Positions 28,209 through 36,936 are shown, numbered from the stretch's first letter. The stretch: DNA of 64,000 bases from Minisyncoccota bacterium (GCA_041674285.1 JBAYVZ010000001.1:10167-74166), one strand, 5' to 3'. Translations and numbers: made by a program. Notes: generated by a model from the sequence alone, not told the origin.

Positions 28209-28592
28209 ATGAATTTACAAGAAGTAAAAAATGAAGATGGAAAGAGTGGTAGTCCGGTATTACCAGCAGGTACGAAGAATTATCTGATTGATATTGACGG
28301 AACTGTGTGTGAGGATATACCAAATGAAGAGCCAGAGAGATTCGCTACTGCATATGAGCTACCCGGTGCACGAGATTTTGTGAATAATCTATATGATGCG
28401 GGGCATATAGTGACATTCTTTACTTCACGCAAGGAGGATCATCGAGCGCCTACTGAAGAGTGGCTGGATGGTCATGGATTTAAATATCACGGTATAGTAT
28501 TTGGAAAACCACGAGGAGGGAACTATGTATGGATAGACAATGCAGACTTGGAGGCTATACAGTATAAGGGTGAATTTAAGGACTTGATTTAA
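28209..28592 (+). CDS. HAD-superfamily phosphatase-like small protein (deoxyribonucleotidase/PNK-phosphatase-like)
   Basis: Motif I LIDIDGTV and motif II VTFFTSR; 127 aa. Confidence 0.4.
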   Translation: MNLQEVKNEDGKSGSPVLPAGTKNYLIDIDGTVCEDIPNEEPERFATAYELPGARDFVNNLYDAGHIVTFFTSRKEDHRAPTEEWLDGHGFKYHGIVFGKPRGGNYVWIDNADLEAIQYKGEFKDLI

Positions 28593-28628
28593 GGGTCATT
28601 GTGTCAAGTGTTGCGCGAAAATTTTTTA

Positions 28629-28637
28629 TGATATAAT
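28629..28637 (+). promoter_or_regulatory. Extended -10 promoter element TGATATAAT upstream of the glutaredoxin-like gene
   Basis: tgatataat lies 60 nt upstream of the start. The same TGnTATAAT element recurs before many genes in this window (6024, 10226, 11895, 27686, 33540, 35146). Confidence 0.5.
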
Positions 28638-28698
28638 AAATTTCCAAACTTATTAATTAATTATGCCTAAACCCTAACGGGTCGGCCGAGAAAAATAT

Positions 28699-28938
28699 AT
28701 GAGTACAGTTACAGTATATAGCACACCGACATGTCATTTTTGCCACATGGCAAAAGATTACTTCAAGGAGAACAATGTAGCATTTGAAGATTTTAATGTT
28801 TCAGAGGATTTAGGCAAAAGACAAGAGATGATCCAAAAGAGTGGTCAGATGGGTGTACCAGTAATCATCATTGATGATAAATTAATCGTAGGATTCAATA
28901 AGCCTCAAATAGCAGAGTTGCTAGGAATCAAAGAATAG
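28699..28938 (+). CDS. Glutaredoxin/NrdH-like redoxin
   Basis: CxxC active site TPTCHFCH, thioredoxin-fold pattern GVPVIIID, 79 aa. Confidence 0.7.
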   Translation: MSTVTVYSTPTCHFCHMAKDYFKENNVAFEDFNVSEDLGKRQEMIQKSGQMGVPVIIIDDKLIVGFNKPQIAELLGIKE

Positions 28939-28990
28939 TAAAATTTTTTATTCTGTAGTATTATAAAAGCGCCTATATAGGCGCTTTTAT

Positions 28991-29062
28991 GCCCTCATAG
29001 TTCAATGGATATAACAGTTCCGTCCTAAGGAATAGATGTAGGTTCGATTCCCGCTGAGGGCA
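28991..29062 (+). tRNA. tRNA-Arg (anticodon CCU)
   Basis: Acceptor gccctca/tgagggc, anticodon arm gttcc-gtCCTaa-ggaat, T-loop ttcgatt. D-stem is 3 bp with one T-stem mismatch. Confidence 0.75.
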
Positions 29063-29070
29063 CAAATTAA

Positions 29071-29100
29071 AAAATCTCCATTTGGGAGATTTTTTAATTT
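29071..29100 (+). terminator. Perfect hairpin terminator downstream of tRNA-Arg
   Basis: aaaaaatctcc-atttg-ggagatttttt (11-bp stem with flanking A and T runs; potentially bidirectional). Confidence 0.7.
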
Positions 29101-29332
29101 GTGCCCGAAAGCAATCAAACTGCTTTGATTGCGTGCGGGAATCGAAGACCTTTTCCATATGAGCGTACTCGCGAATGGAAACGGTGTACTGATCCTGTAA
29201 GGATCGACATGCCCTAAAGGATTAGTATTTGTATATAATCGCTCTACTCTTATACAAATACTGAACGTACTCGCGGTCAGGGTGAGGGCACACTATCGTT
29301 TTTAATTTTATATTTGTTATAATTAAAAAATA

Positions 29333-29629
29333 ATGGAAGATCCACAAATTAAAAAATTATTAGAAGAAAATCTCGAGCTTGCAAAAGAGAATAATGAATT
29401 ATTGAAAAAAGTTCGCAATACTCAAAAGCTAGCTCAGATATATCGTATCGTTTACTGGGTAGTTATTATAGGTGCTTCATATGGGGCGTACTATTTTGTA
29501 CAGCCATATATAGGCGGTATCTTAGATGTATATAGTGGCGGAGGATTAGACTCCTTGAATTCAGGGGGGATGAATGGTGTCCCTGACCTAAATAGTCTAC
29601 AAGGGTTGCTCGAAAGTCTACAAAAATAA
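29333..29629 (+). CDS. Hypothetical small membrane protein
   Basis: Coiled-coil N-terminus, one TM (IVYWVVIIGASYGAYYFV), Gly-rich C-terminus; followed by the terminator aaacacccgtatgggtgtttta. Confidence 0.4.
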   Translation: MEDPQIKKLLEENLELAKENNELLKKVRNTQKLAQIYRIVYWVVIIGASYGAYYFVQPYIGGILDVYSGGGLDSLNSGGMNGVPDLNSLQGLLESLQK

Positions 29630-29717
29630 AACACCCGTATGGGTGTTTTATCTTATAAAATAGGGAATTGATAAATATTAAAAAATCTGGTAATATCAGA
29701 TTACGTCTTTTGAGGCA

Positions 29718-29913
29718 TGCCTGGATAGCTCAGTTGTAGCGTCCCCGCAAAGAGCATTGAAGTTGTTACGTTTAATATAAAGAAATACGCCTGGATAGCT
29801 GTTTTGGTGGATAACGCAAAATTGTTGTAAAGGTTTAAATAATGCCTGGATAGCTCAGTTGTAGCGTCCCCGCAAAGAGCATTGAAGTTGTTACGTTTAA
29901 TATAAAGAAATAC
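29718..29913 (+). repeat. Array of tRNA-Phe 5'-fragment repeats: two 70/71-nt units plus a degenerate 55-nt unit, each starting with the first 12-18 nt of tRNA-Phe
   Basis: Units at 29718-29787 and 29843-29913 are identical except for 1 nt; the degenerate unit at 29788-29842 begins gcctggatagctg. All start gcctggatagct(cagttg), which is the acceptor/D-arm 5' end of the downstream tRNA-Phe. Confidence 0.7.
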
Positions 29914-29986
29914 GCCTGGATAGCTCAGTTGGTAGAGCGCTCCCCTGAAGAGGGATAGGTCCCCAGTTCAAATCTGGGTCCAGGCA
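29914..29986 (+). tRNA. tRNA-Phe (anticodon GAA)
   Basis: gcctgga-ta-gctcagttggtagagc-g-ctccc ctGAAga gggat-aggtc-cccag ttcaaat ctggg-tccaggc-a; canonical Phe anticodon loop CTGAAGA. Confidence 0.85.
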
Positions 29987-30277
29987 CAACAACCCGACTT
30001 TTGTCGGAAGCAACAAAATTTTCACGGGCGGCGCATAGCGCCGACCAAGGATTTTCGCCTGATTTATATGAAATCCTTCAAAGGTTTTCTTAATTGTAAT
30101 TTTAGAACAAATTAATTATTGCCCTTGCGATTGTTTTTTGGATAATCTGTAGTATGGACATATTATTTTAATATAGTATAGTCTAACTAATATTTGTTTA
30201 TTTGAAAAAGTTTAAAGTGTAGTCACAGTAGAGGATTTACCCCCTTTTGTGACCACACTTTAAATAAAATAACTGTT

Positions 30278-30604
30278 ATGAAAACGACCAAAAGAATTGC
30301 CAATCCTGGTAGTAAAACACCTCAAGAAATTTTGGATAATATTCAAAAAGGCTTGAGCAGCCAAAAGATGATTATAAAATTTATAAATTTTGATTTTTTA
30401 TTGAAGAATCAATTCTTTATTAATTTTAGTTTTGAAACATCCACTGGTACAAAAGTAAAGGGCGCACTCGTTGTTTATCTTCAGAAAAGTCTGCTGGAAA
30501 TTTCAGTTGATTCAGAAGAAACTACAAGGGCTGAATTGATTTTTGGCATTGTAAAAAGTATTATCAGTAGGGCAATAAATGGAAACCCTATTGGAGTGAA
30601 TTAA
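30278..30604 (+). CDS. Hypothetical protein
   Basis: 108-aa ORF with no recognisable motifs; preceded by a 17-bp inverted repeat. Confidence 0.3.
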   Translation: MKTTKRIANPGSKTPQEILDNIQKGLSSQKMIIKFINFDFLLKNQFFINFSFETSTGTKVKGALVVYLQKSLLEISVDSEETTRAELIFGIVKSIISRAINGNPIGVN

Positions 30605-31252
30605 ATTAAAATCTGATTGCTCAGCGACACAAAAATTGTTCGTTGGGCAATTTTTGTATATTTTTTTGTTTCTATTGATCTAAAAAATAGAAACCTCAAC
30701 AGTTTTTAGTTGTCTGTTGAAAAAATAGACTACTTGTCATATTTTTACTTACTTAGTGCATGGTTATTAGTAAAAAATATGGTCATGTGTTCACATATAC
30801 ATTAATAACGGATGTTTAATAAGTACGATAAACCGCTAAAGTAGGAGCTTCCTATTTTGGCGGTTTCTATTTGCCAAGCTGGGCGCGGCTTGCATTAAAA
30901 TTTATATATGTTATATATAAAACATGTTCAGAAGTATCAACAAATCAGTCGTGGTGGTCAACCTTTCATTTGAAGGCTGATTTTTGCGTTGACATTCACT
31001 TAAACTAACTCAAAACAAACACCAGCCTTCAAATGAAGCTGGTGTTTGTTTTCGTATCAGTATTCCCAGGGTGTCATGAACCCCTGGGAATGGTGGTCCG
31101 AAAGGCCGCTAGAGCAAAAATGCTCTATTCATCTAGGCTATATGCCGAAGATGAACGGGAGTATGAATATACTCACCAAAACAATTCGTAATAAGGTGAC
31201 AAAGACACCTCTATGCTCTTTGACAAAAGAATAAAAATTTAAAAAATAGAAT

Positions 31253-32704
31253 ATGATTACGCAAACTACTGATATATTGCAAATGTTATTACTGAGTTAC
31301 TTTAATTCGAAATTTTCTCCAAACACTAAGAAATCCTATTTTTTAGGCGAGCTTGAGTTGGACAAGAAAATAGCAATGGCAAAAGGTACAAGGTATAGAT
31401 CTTGGGCAACGATAGCACCTAACTGGTATGCCAATACTGCCATATCAAGGCCTCACATGGAATTTGTAAACAAACCCAAGAAAACTTATCAAAAATTGGT
31501 GAAATTAATTTCTGCTACGACCCAGAAAAACTTGAGAGAAATAGATAAAATATATCGGGAAAAAATAACTAGTTGTGTTGAAATAATTAGAGATATATTC
31601 AATGAACCAGACGCTAACGTTATTTTTGAAAGTAATGGAACAATGGCTCTGGCCTTCATAAGGGCACTCTCTGGAGCTGAAGGACAAAAAGTTATTTCAA
31701 CGAGCGATATGGGCAGAATAGCAGGATTAGCATTACAAGGGCAAGATACCTCTATAGCTAAGGAAGATTTCAAACAACAGATCGGCTTGTTCTCACCGAG
31801 CGGAAAATTAGATAAAATAATACATTCTCAATACTTTGAGGTTGATTTATACAATGAAGACCGACCAAAAACAATTGATCAAATTTGTATTGAGTTATTT
31901 GAAACAGTAAAGCAGGAAAAACCCAAGCTGGTTATCGTTCCCCAAGTAAGCCGTACAGGAATAAAATTGCCGGTGGAAAAGATCGGAAGATTTATAAAAC
32001 AAATTAACAGGCAGCAAGGTTTAAGCATTTTTTTTGCAGTTGACGGAGCTCAAGCAATTGGCAGGTCAAATTCTGAAGATCTCAAAAAGCCTCTTAAATA
32101 TTGTGATGCATATTTTTTTGTAGGGCAAAAAGCACTCGGGTCAATGACACTAGCGGCGATCATGGTGAAGTCAGATTTTGTCAAAAATAATGCGAAAAGT
32201 TTAATAAATTCAAGTATTACTCCTCGGTTGTGCTGTTATAAATTTTTTGAACTGCCAACTGAAATAAAAAGTTTTATGCAAAAAAGAGGAGGAAATTTTG
32301 CGATATCTCTTCCCGAAATCGAATCGTTGGATCTATCTCTGAGGGCATTTTATCAAAGAGGTGAAGGGGGAACTTTCAAGGAAAGGAGAAAATACCAAAT
32401 CTCAAGAACTATAAAAATAAATTCCTTTATTGTCTCAGAATTAAGTAAAATAAGAGGAATTAAAGTTTTCACTACTACGGAAGACACTCCTTTAAGTCCA
32501 AGTATTATTATCTTTACTGTAATCGAAGGAAATGGAGTAGGTGCAGAAACATTAAGGCAGAAACTTCAAGAACTTCACTCTCCGATTACCTTTGCCCCGA
32601 TCTACCAGAGACCGATTTTAAGAATTGGCCTTAGTGAACTTCGTGAGCAGGATATAAATTATCTTATTACTTCAATCAAAAAAATTGTACATTGTAAAAA
32701 ATAA
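31253..32704 (+). CDS. PLP-dependent enzyme, aminotransferase class V fold (cysteine desulfurase/epimerase-like)
   Basis: FFAVDGAQAIGR (vDaaQs.G-like) and the candidate PLP-lysine region FFVGQKALGSMTLAAIMV; 483 aa. Confidence 0.45.
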   Translation: MITQTTDILQMLLLSYFNSKFSPNTKKSYFLGELELDKKIAMAKGTRYRSWATIAPNWYANTAISRPHMEFVNKPKKTYQKLVKLISATTQKNLREIDKIYREKITSCVEIIRDIFNEPDANVIFESNGTMALAFIRALSGAEGQKVISTSDMGRIAGLALQGQDTSIAKEDFKQQIGLFSPSGKLDKIIHSQYFEVDLYNEDRPKTIDQICIELFETVKQEKPKLVIVPQVSRTGIKLPVEKIGRFIKQINRQQGLSIFFAVDGAQAIGRSNSEDLKKPLKYCDAYFFVGQKALGSMTLAAIMVKSDFVKNNAKSLINSSITPRLCCYKFFELPTEIKSFMQKRGGNFAISLPEIESLDLSLRAFYQRGEGGTFKERRKYQISRTIKINSFIVSELSKIRGIKVFTTTEDTPLSPSIIIFTVIEGNGVGAETLRQKLQELHSPITFAPIYQRPILRIGLSELREQDINYLITSIKKIVHCKK

Positions 32705-32705
32705 A

Positions 32706-32745
32706 ACCAAAAGCCGAGGAATCTAAATACCTCGGCTTTTCTTGT
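32706..32745 (+). terminator. Intrinsic terminator
   Basis: aaaagccgagg-aatctaaata-cctcggctttt followed by a T-run. Confidence 0.7.
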
Positions 32746-33064
32746 TTTAGAGTAATCCAGTATTCGCTGTTTACAGTTTGAAGCGAAAATAAAATCTTGA
32801 ATTTATTGTTCAGAAAAAAATCAAAATCCTCCATATTTTGTTTGGGTTAATTTTTATTTACACAATGAGCACTTTTATCTTAAAGATACCTTTTTCTGTG
32901 GATTCAAAAGTGTAATCATTGAATTATCTAATAGAGCCTATCAATTTAATCCACATAAAAAAATTCATTTTGAATATCATCACCTGGTAACATCGAGGTT
33001 GACCTAAATTATTAAAAAGCTCTGGGGATCCAATTGTGTATTAAATCCCTCTCTTAAAAAATCA

Positions 33065-33418
33065 TTACAATATCCGTGTTCCATTTTCAACCGACTTGGC
33101 TAAATTGAGCAATACAGTTCCAGCTGTACTAGATACTGCCGCCAATACCAAGCATTCTGATTTAACACCAGCTATCTTTTTAGGTGGAAAATTTAAAACC
33201 GCAATAATTTGCTTACCGAGTAGGTTTTCAGGAGAATAGTTTTCGGTAATTTGAGCAGAACTCTTTTTTATACCATAAGCACCAAAATCAATTTCTAAAA
33301 CATAAGCAGGTTTAATTGCTTTCTCATTTAAGCTTACACTTAATATTGTTCCAACATACATACCTATTTTTAAAAAATCAGTAAATTCAATTTGCGAAAG
33401 ATTTTCCACTTTTATCAT
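33065..33418 (-). CDS. CsaA/YgjH-like tRNA-binding domain protein (EMAP/Trbp111 fold)
   Basis: FLKIGMYVGTILSV...PAYVLEIDFGAYG...GKQIIAVLNFPPKKIAGVKSECLVLAA matches the PF01588 tRNA_bind pattern. Confidence 0.7.
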   Translation of the reverse strand: MIKVENLSQIEFTDFLKIGMYVGTILSVSLNEKAIKPAYVLEIDFGAYGIKKSSAQITENYSPENLLGKQIIAVLNFPPKKIAGVKSECLVLAAVSSTAGTVLLNLAKSVENGTRIL

Positions 33419-33556
33419 AACATTATTATATCCCTAATTTAATGAAATTGAAATATCTCGATACCAAATTAAATTTAGCTCGTAATAGTTATCAAAGGCA
33501 TCTATAAATAATAAAAAAACCGATGTGAAAACCACATTTATGGTATAATTATATTT

Positions 33557-33985
33557 ATGAATGAAAATAAATTTCCTATACCTCATTTAAACCTTGACGA
33601 AAATAAAAAATTACTTGAAAAAGAAGGTGAAGAGAGGTGTGCAGATTGGTTGGCTCGTTTTCCAGAAAAAGTAGTGTCTACAGAAGAAAGACGAGATGCG
33701 GAGAAAGAGATTATGGAATTTGAAGGATTTATTATAAATTTTGAGAAAACACATTCTTTATCAGAATTAAATAAGATTATTGACCTTAATCCAGAAGATT
33801 CACCAAATCACCCCCTCAGAGAGCCTGCTCGATTAGCACTAATACCTATCGTTACACTGATCAGTACTTTAAAAAATGAAACAGATATATCTGAAGAAAA
33901 ACTCAAAGAGCTAAAATCTAAATACATGATATTATCTAGGGCTGTTGGAATGATTAATAAAAATAAAGTAGATCATAATAGGTAA
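33557..33985 (+). CDS. Hypothetical protein
   Basis: 142-aa acidic ORF; tggtataat promoter 9 nt upstream. Confidence 0.35.
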   Translation: MNENKFPIPHLNLDENKKLLEKEGEERCADWLARFPEKVVSTEERRDAEKEIMEFEGFIINFEKTHSLSELNKIIDLNPEDSPNHPLREPARLALIPIVTLISTLKNETDISEEKLKELKSKYMILSRAVGMINKNKVDHNR

Positions 33986-34089
33986 TTTGGAATGAATTAA
34001 ATTAAAACTGATTGTTCAGGACAAAAATTGTTCTGAGTAATTTTTGTTTATATTTTATAGTATTCTATTTTTATTTGTTATATAATTTG

Positions 34090-34617
34090 ATGGTGACAGA
34101 GATACAAATTACAAATCAAAATAGAAAAAGAGCCCTTATGGTTGTCGATGTTCAAGCAGGGTTTTTAAATGATCAAAATCGTTGGATTATTCCCAATATT
34201 CAGAAAGTAGTTCAGAACGGGAAATACAATTTAATTATTGAATCAATTTTTCATGCGGAAGCTGGGTCTTTGTGGGATAGGCAGACAAATTGGACATTTC
34301 CACTACAACCAACAGTTCCAGAAATCAAGAATCTTTTTAACCAAGATTCTGTTTTAATTACTAAAGAAACGAAATCAGTATTCAAGGGAGATAAAGATTT
34401 ATTTCAAATACTAAAAGATAAAAACATAGAAGAAGTACATATTGTTGGTCTTGATACTAATGACTGCGTATTTGCCACAGCACAAGAATCCTTTGACCTT
34501 GGCTTTTTTACTTATGTCATTGAAGAATGCACCGAATCAAGTCAGAGTTCTGAACTTCGTGACTGTGCATTGAAAATCTTAAGGGAATTAAATATGACTA
34601 CTAATTTAATTAAATAA
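34090..34617 (+). CDS. Isochorismatase-family (cysteine hydrolase) protein
   Basis: RALMVVDVQAGFLN and HIVGLDTNDCVFATAQESFDLGF match conserved isochorismatase hydrolase motifs. The annotated upstream start at 34012 is an alternative codon giving a poor N-terminus. Confidence 0.7.
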   Translation: MVTEIQITNQNRKRALMVVDVQAGFLNDQNRWIIPNIQKVVQNGKYNLIIESIFHAEAGSLWDRQTNWTFPLQPTVPEIKNLFNQDSVLITKETKSVFKGDKDLFQILKDKNIEEVHIVGLDTNDCVFATAQESFDLGFFTYVIEECTESSQSSELRDCALKILRELNMTTNLIK

Positions 34618-34633
34618 GGTGTAATTATTTTTT

Positions 34634-35155
34634 ATGAATTTTACAAATCAAAAAACTGAAGATACTTTAAAGAAAAAAACAATAAAAGCTTTAAATTGGA
34701 TTGTGAATATTTTGAACGAACACAAAATCGACTACGTTGTCAGTGGAGGATTTTCAGCAAAACTGTATAGTTCAAAGCGTGAATTACATGATATTGATAT
34801 AGATATTTTTGAAAACAAATTTGATGAATTATTATCAGAAATATCTAAATATATAACCTATGGCCCAGATAGATATAAGGATGGCAAATGGGATATGAAT
34901 CTGATTACTCTTAATTATGGAGGTCAGGAAATAGATATAGGTGATTTATCGGATGCGTATATAAGCAATAAAGAAAGAACGGCATGGATTAAATTAGAAA
35001 ATAAACTTGAGCCCGTTAAAATGACTGTGGGAGGAATAGAAGTAAATGTAATTAATCCTCAGGATTTAATAAATTACAAAAAAAATTTGGATGGTGATCA
35101 TCAATTGGAGGATATTAAGTCGGTGGAAGCATATATTAAAAATATAATGTTATAA
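34634..35155 (+). CDS. Lnu(A)/LinA-like nucleotidyltransferase (lincosamide/aminoglycoside nucleotidyltransferase family)
   Basis: IDYVVSGGFSAKLYSSKRELHDIDIDIF aligns with the Lnu(A) core (WLDGGWGVDVLTGKQQREHRDIDIDF from memory); 173 aa. Confidence 0.5.
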   Translation: MNFTNQKTEDTLKKKTIKALNWIVNILNEHKIDYVVSGGFSAKLYSSKRELHDIDIDIFENKFDELLSEISKYITYGPDRYKDGKWDMNLITLNYGGQEIDIGDLSDAYISNKERTAWIKLENKLEPVKMTVGGIEVNVINPQDLINYKKNLDGDHQLEDIKSVEAYIKNIML

Positions 35156-35162
35156 TTATATT

Positions 35163-35468
35163 ATGTTATATCCATATATTACATGGCTTACAATATTTGT
35201 TTTCATCCCCTCAATAATCCTCTGGGTTTTTAATTTTAAATATCTTAAAAAATACAGTAAGGTTATTTTATTTGTAGCCATTGGTGCATTTGTATGGGGA
35301 TTCTGTTTTGATATTGTTGGAAGTGTCTTTTGGCATACTTGGACATATCACAATACATTCGGACCATGGCTCCTAGGATTACCACTAGAGGAGTATTTGA
35401 TCTTACTCACTCTTCCTCAAGAACTGACAATCATAGTATTATTAATGAGAAAGAAAATATATGGATAA
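35163..35468 (+). CDS. Lycopene-cyclase-domain small membrane protein (CrtYc-like half)
   Basis: 3-TM 101-aa protein with the PLEEY motif (GLPLEEYLILLTLPQE). Confidence 0.4.
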   Translation: MLYPYITWLTIFVFIPSIILWVFNFKYLKKYSKVILFVAIGAFVWGFCFDIVGSVFWHTWTYHNTFGPWLLGLPLEEYLILLTLPQELTIIVLLMRKKIYG

Positions 35469-35781
35469 ATATACTTATTTTATTTTAAATACTTTATTTT
35501 TCTGTCCAATGATTCTCTTTTTATTACTTAGATATAAAGATATAATTTTTGCTCGAATAAAGTTTATTCTTCTCTCGGGTCTTCTTGGCGGCGTATTGTT
35601 TTTTATAATTGACTTACCAGCTACTCGCTGGGGTGCATGGTCTATGAATTATGAAAAAACTATCGGACCCATGTTCGGTGGTAGTGTGGTTGAGGAATTG
35701 ATCTGGGTTATCCTAGTTATGATAATTATTGCCTCTATGGTTGAGGTATTTTTAGCGAAAATTGACAAAAAATCTCTATAA
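35461..35781 (+). CDS. Lycopene-cyclase-domain small membrane protein (CrtYd-like half)
   Basis: 3-TM 106-aa protein overlapping the previous gene by 8 nt; motif GGSVVEELIWVIL. Confidence 0.4.
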   Translation: MDKYTYFILNTLFFCPMILFLLLRYKDIIFARIKFILLSGLLGGVLFFIIDLPATRWGAWSMNYEKTIGPMFGGSVVEELIWVILVMIIIASMVEVFLAKIDKKSL

Positions 35782-35816
35782 AGTATTATGAAGAAAAATC
35801 TTTAAATATACAGATT

Positions 35817-36272
35817 ATGAGAATAATAATTAAAAAATCAAAAGTTTCTGATTCAAATGAAATTAGGCTCCTTGAGACGAAAATTTGGGGTGAAGAAGTC
35901 ACTAATAAATATGATATGCCTATGATTATTCGTTTTGGTTATGTTTTTGTTGCTTGTGATGGTAAAAAAATCATAGGTAGTATTTCAAGCTATAGAACAA
36001 ATAAGAATGAAGTATATGTATGTGATATCGTTGTAGATGAGGAATACAGAGGCAATCGTATAGGTGAAAGACTGTACAACAGGCTTTTAAATGAAGTGTA
36101 CGGCACGAATGTTGTGTCTTTCTTGGATCCAGACAGGACAGCAACGCTAGAATTGCATAAAAAACTCGGAGCAAAAGTAATCAAAAAAATGAATAATGTT
36201 TATTCTTTAGATGGTGAAGATTCTAATTTAGAACAAGGCAAGAGGCTTTTTGTTAGGATTGAGAATAAGTAA
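35817..36272 (+). CDS. GNAT family N-acetyltransferase
   Basis: Motif A VDEEYRGNRIGERLYNRLLNE; 151 aa. Confidence 0.7.
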   Translation: MRIIIKKSKVSDSNEIRLLETKIWGEEVTNKYDMPMIIRFGYVFVACDGKKIIGSISSYRTNKNEVYVCDIVVDEEYRGNRIGERLYNRLLNEVYGTNVVSFLDPDRTATLELHKKLGAKVIKKMNNVYSLDGEDSNLEQGKRLFVRIENK

Positions 36273-36684
36273 AAATAATAAAACCCAGAATTTTAGTTTC
36301 TGAGCTTTGTTTTTTAGGTTTAATTTATATATTAAAACGGTTACCGACCCAGATGCCATATTAAGATATTGCTGTATGTATCATGAGATGATATAATATT
36401 CTAGAATAGCTGATGCTCAATAGGTTGTTCAAACTTGTCAAAGGCACCCTTTCTTGCTGGTTAGGGTGTCTTTTTTATTTGTACACGTTTTATTTTATGT
36501 AAAGAAGGCTATTTTGTAATAAAAAAAATCACCCTTTCGAGTGATTCTTTATTAATTTGGATTCTTCCTTCCTAGCAAAATTTTCAGTTCTGATAATAGA
36601 TTGAGTAATAAATTAACCTTGGGTTGACATGAGTATGTTTTAGGTGTAATCTAAAAAAGAATTCACCAAATAATACGTAACATT

Positions 36685-36936
36685 ATGGAAATCATTTTAG
36701 ATGAAAAAAGCATCAAAGCTTCTGGTCGTCCAGGCCAACCAGGAAACACTCCTGCAGCATTAGTTAAGCGCTTCAAGGCTAAACTTTTAAAAATGGGTAA
36801 TTTTATGGGTGCTGATAAAATTGAGCACCAAGAACGCCACAAAAAAGAGGTGTACATTATTACCAAAGGAGAAAATCGCCTAGTTATAACTGCACATGGT
36901 GGCGGTTCTGACGGAGGTTGGCTTGGGGTAGAGTAA
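36685..36936 (+). CDS. Hypothetical small basic protein
   Basis: 83-aa ORF followed by the hairpin terminator aaggtt...aacctt plus T-run. Confidence 0.3.
   Translation: MEIILDEKSIKASGRPGQPGNTPAALVKRFKAKLLKMGNFMGADKIEHQERHKKEVYIITKGENRLVITAHGGGSDGGWLGVE

Noticed and set aside
29100-29293. Minus-strand tRNA or intron-containing tRNA (gtgccct… acceptor-like ends, inverted ttcgattcccgc T-arm)
   Set aside because: No consistent cloverleaf could be drawn: D-arm absent, T-stem arms non-complementary, acceptor 7th pair mismatched. Kept only as a structured-spacer finding.
29718-29913. Possible CRISPR array
   Set aside because: Repeat unit (70 nt) is longer than the single intervening unit. Units begin with a tRNA-Phe 5' fragment and there are no diverse spacers; this is not CRISPR architecture.
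31060-31120. SRP (4.5S) RNA candidate because of ggtccgaaagg
   Set aside because: The conserved GGAAGCAGC half of the domain IV motif is absent after the tetraloop, and flanking helices do not match SRP RNA.
31046-31234. 62-aa ORF in the long leader upstream of the PLP enzyme gene
   Set aside because: Overlaps GC-rich stem-loops and has no start context; more likely non-coding structured RNA.
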